A stretch of 64,000 bases of DNA from Nemertoderma westbladi (Eukaryota; Animalia; Xenacoelomorpha), in contig JAUCBJ010001698.1 in NCBI GenBank assembly GCA_032718475.1, positions 13,117 to 77,116 on the forward strand, written 5' to 3'. The notes under the pieces were generated by a model, which was not told the DNA's origin, made no database searches, and was given only the letters and a program-made list of their open reading frames with translations. Made by a program: the position numbers and the translations under genes. Of this stretch, positions 62,432 to 64,000 are shown one piece after another (the stretch's first letter is position 1; each line of letters opens with the position of its first letter).

Positions 62432-63852
62432 AAAATTTTGCATGACGCATTTTTTTGATGATCACTATCGATTCCAGCTGGTCCCATGTCTGTCCATAGA
62501 ATGTTGGTTCGAAAAATAGACATAAACGAAAAAACGCCATAGGCACAATGATAAAACACCAGCTGGAGCACATGAAAAATGTATAGAGAGGGCCTAGTGA
62601 TTCTATTCAATAGAGAAGGGGCCAACTAACAAGGATGTACTTTCTGTGCCAAGTTTTTATTTAATTAATCACTCTTTCAACCCAGACTATAAGCAAACAT
62701 TAAGCTTTCTATGGGAATATCTACAAGGTGACTGACTCACTGCGTGTATGTTAGGTGGTGGGTCAGTGGAATGAATTTTAGTTACACACATAAGATGCTT
62801 CTGATGAGTGTTGGTTACTAATGGTACTATACTCAGCTAATAATAATAATTGATGTATTTAAAAATCCGAGAGGGAGGTGAGTTAATGACTTGCTTGGCA
62901 AACATTAATTATATGAATCTGTCAAACCAGAGGGAATACAGAGTGGAATCTACCTGTCTCTGTATAACATTATACCCAGCTGATAGCTCCTTTAATCCTG
63001 GATTCAATGAATGCGAATGTCTATTACAGTAGGTTCCTGGGAAAAGCTGGCCACCTGAATGACTTTTTAATTATAGAGTGTACACGAGTGAGGCCTTCGT
63101 GCAGCAGAAACTGTAACCCATCTCAGCGAAGAATTATAATTATACTAACTATGGCTAGTTATATATTCTGATATTGGCTTCCGACACACACACACTGAAA
63201 CCTATACACCTAAGTTCACTGATGACTCGCAGTTCTAACTCGCCATATATGTACTGTTAACTGTAGGGTACTATTAATAAACTATACTAATAGTGGCAAT
63301 GTTAAATTAAAATTAGAGTTTGGAGGTTTAATTATGTTTTTGCAACATTAATACTATGAGTGGTGTTTTGTATCAGATATAATTTTGATGTAGACAGGAG
63401 ATGGTGCCCTAACTGCTTTAATAATTATTAGGAACAGATTATGAGAATATTACAATTGTTTGCTAACTAACTTTGTTCACTACCTTGGTGCAATTTTTTA
63501 TTCTAAATGCTGAGCATGTGCAAATTACAATATTAGTATAGGTAGTGCTGGCTGATACTGGGTGCTCATATTTGCAACCATTTGTAACATAATGTAACCA
63601 GGGAAATCAATTCGTGACAAGGTGCTCATATTTTTAACCAAACACATTGATTCCTAATGCGGAAATACAGATTTGTAACCAGGTATTCAAATTCGTAATT
63701 GGAAATCCAAATTCGTAACCAGGCGCTCAGATTCGAAACTGGTTTAGAGTTGATATCCTGAAAAAAAAAGTTTGCGGCTTATGGCCTGTAAAAATATTAG
63801 TTTCGGTTTGGTTTAACTTCGGTTCCTTCACGGCGTCTTGACGCCGTCTTTA

Positions 63853-64000
63853 ATTATCAATGGTTGTTAGTTGACCTTTAGTCCAAATTGGTGGTGGCTT
63901 TTCCCCTTTTAACATCCGGTTGCAAACATTCAATAATGGTCTATTTAGCACTCCGGTTTTCCATACCTCCGCTGGGATTTCATTTAATCCACTCGCTTTA
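63853..64000 (-). mobile_element. Third RTE-type fragment, running off the window
   Basis: Matches 61235-61368 and shares the ATGGTTGT/TAGTTGACC junction seen near 62340-62365. Confidence 0.85.

Overview
AT-rich eukaryotic (invertebrate-like) genomic DNA dominated by three related, unusually large BEL/Pao LTR retrotransposons. Element A (minus strand, <1-17488) is degenerate. Element B (plus strand, 19831-38618) is young and near-intact, with 1.94-kb LTRs, an ATGTT target-site duplication and a 2917-aa gag-pol. Element C (minus strand, ~49746-61744) is deleted and interrupted by RTE-type LINE pieces. Host genes are the last two exons of a synaptotagmin-like C2-domain gene (B lies in its last intron) and a two-exon MTHFS. 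There are also hAT-like and piggyBac-like non-autonomous elements and a 43-bp minisatellite. Main candidate novelty: where env would sit, all three elements carry a ~1250-1400-codon second ORF, which in A and B has a WRN/EXD/Mut-7-like DEDDy 3'-5' exonuclease domain, three CCHC knuckles and a basic tail (C has lost the exonuclease and knuckles by deletion). Element B additionally shows non-canonical TAT...ATA ends, no tRNA primer-binding site but a 12-nt self-complementary match inside its own LTR, a tRNA-like A/B-box cassette in the LTR, an in-frame TGA at a conserved Cys of ORF2, and a 20-nt hairpin motif dispersed 11 times in sense orientation. All calls are from reading motifs by eye; no database searches were run.
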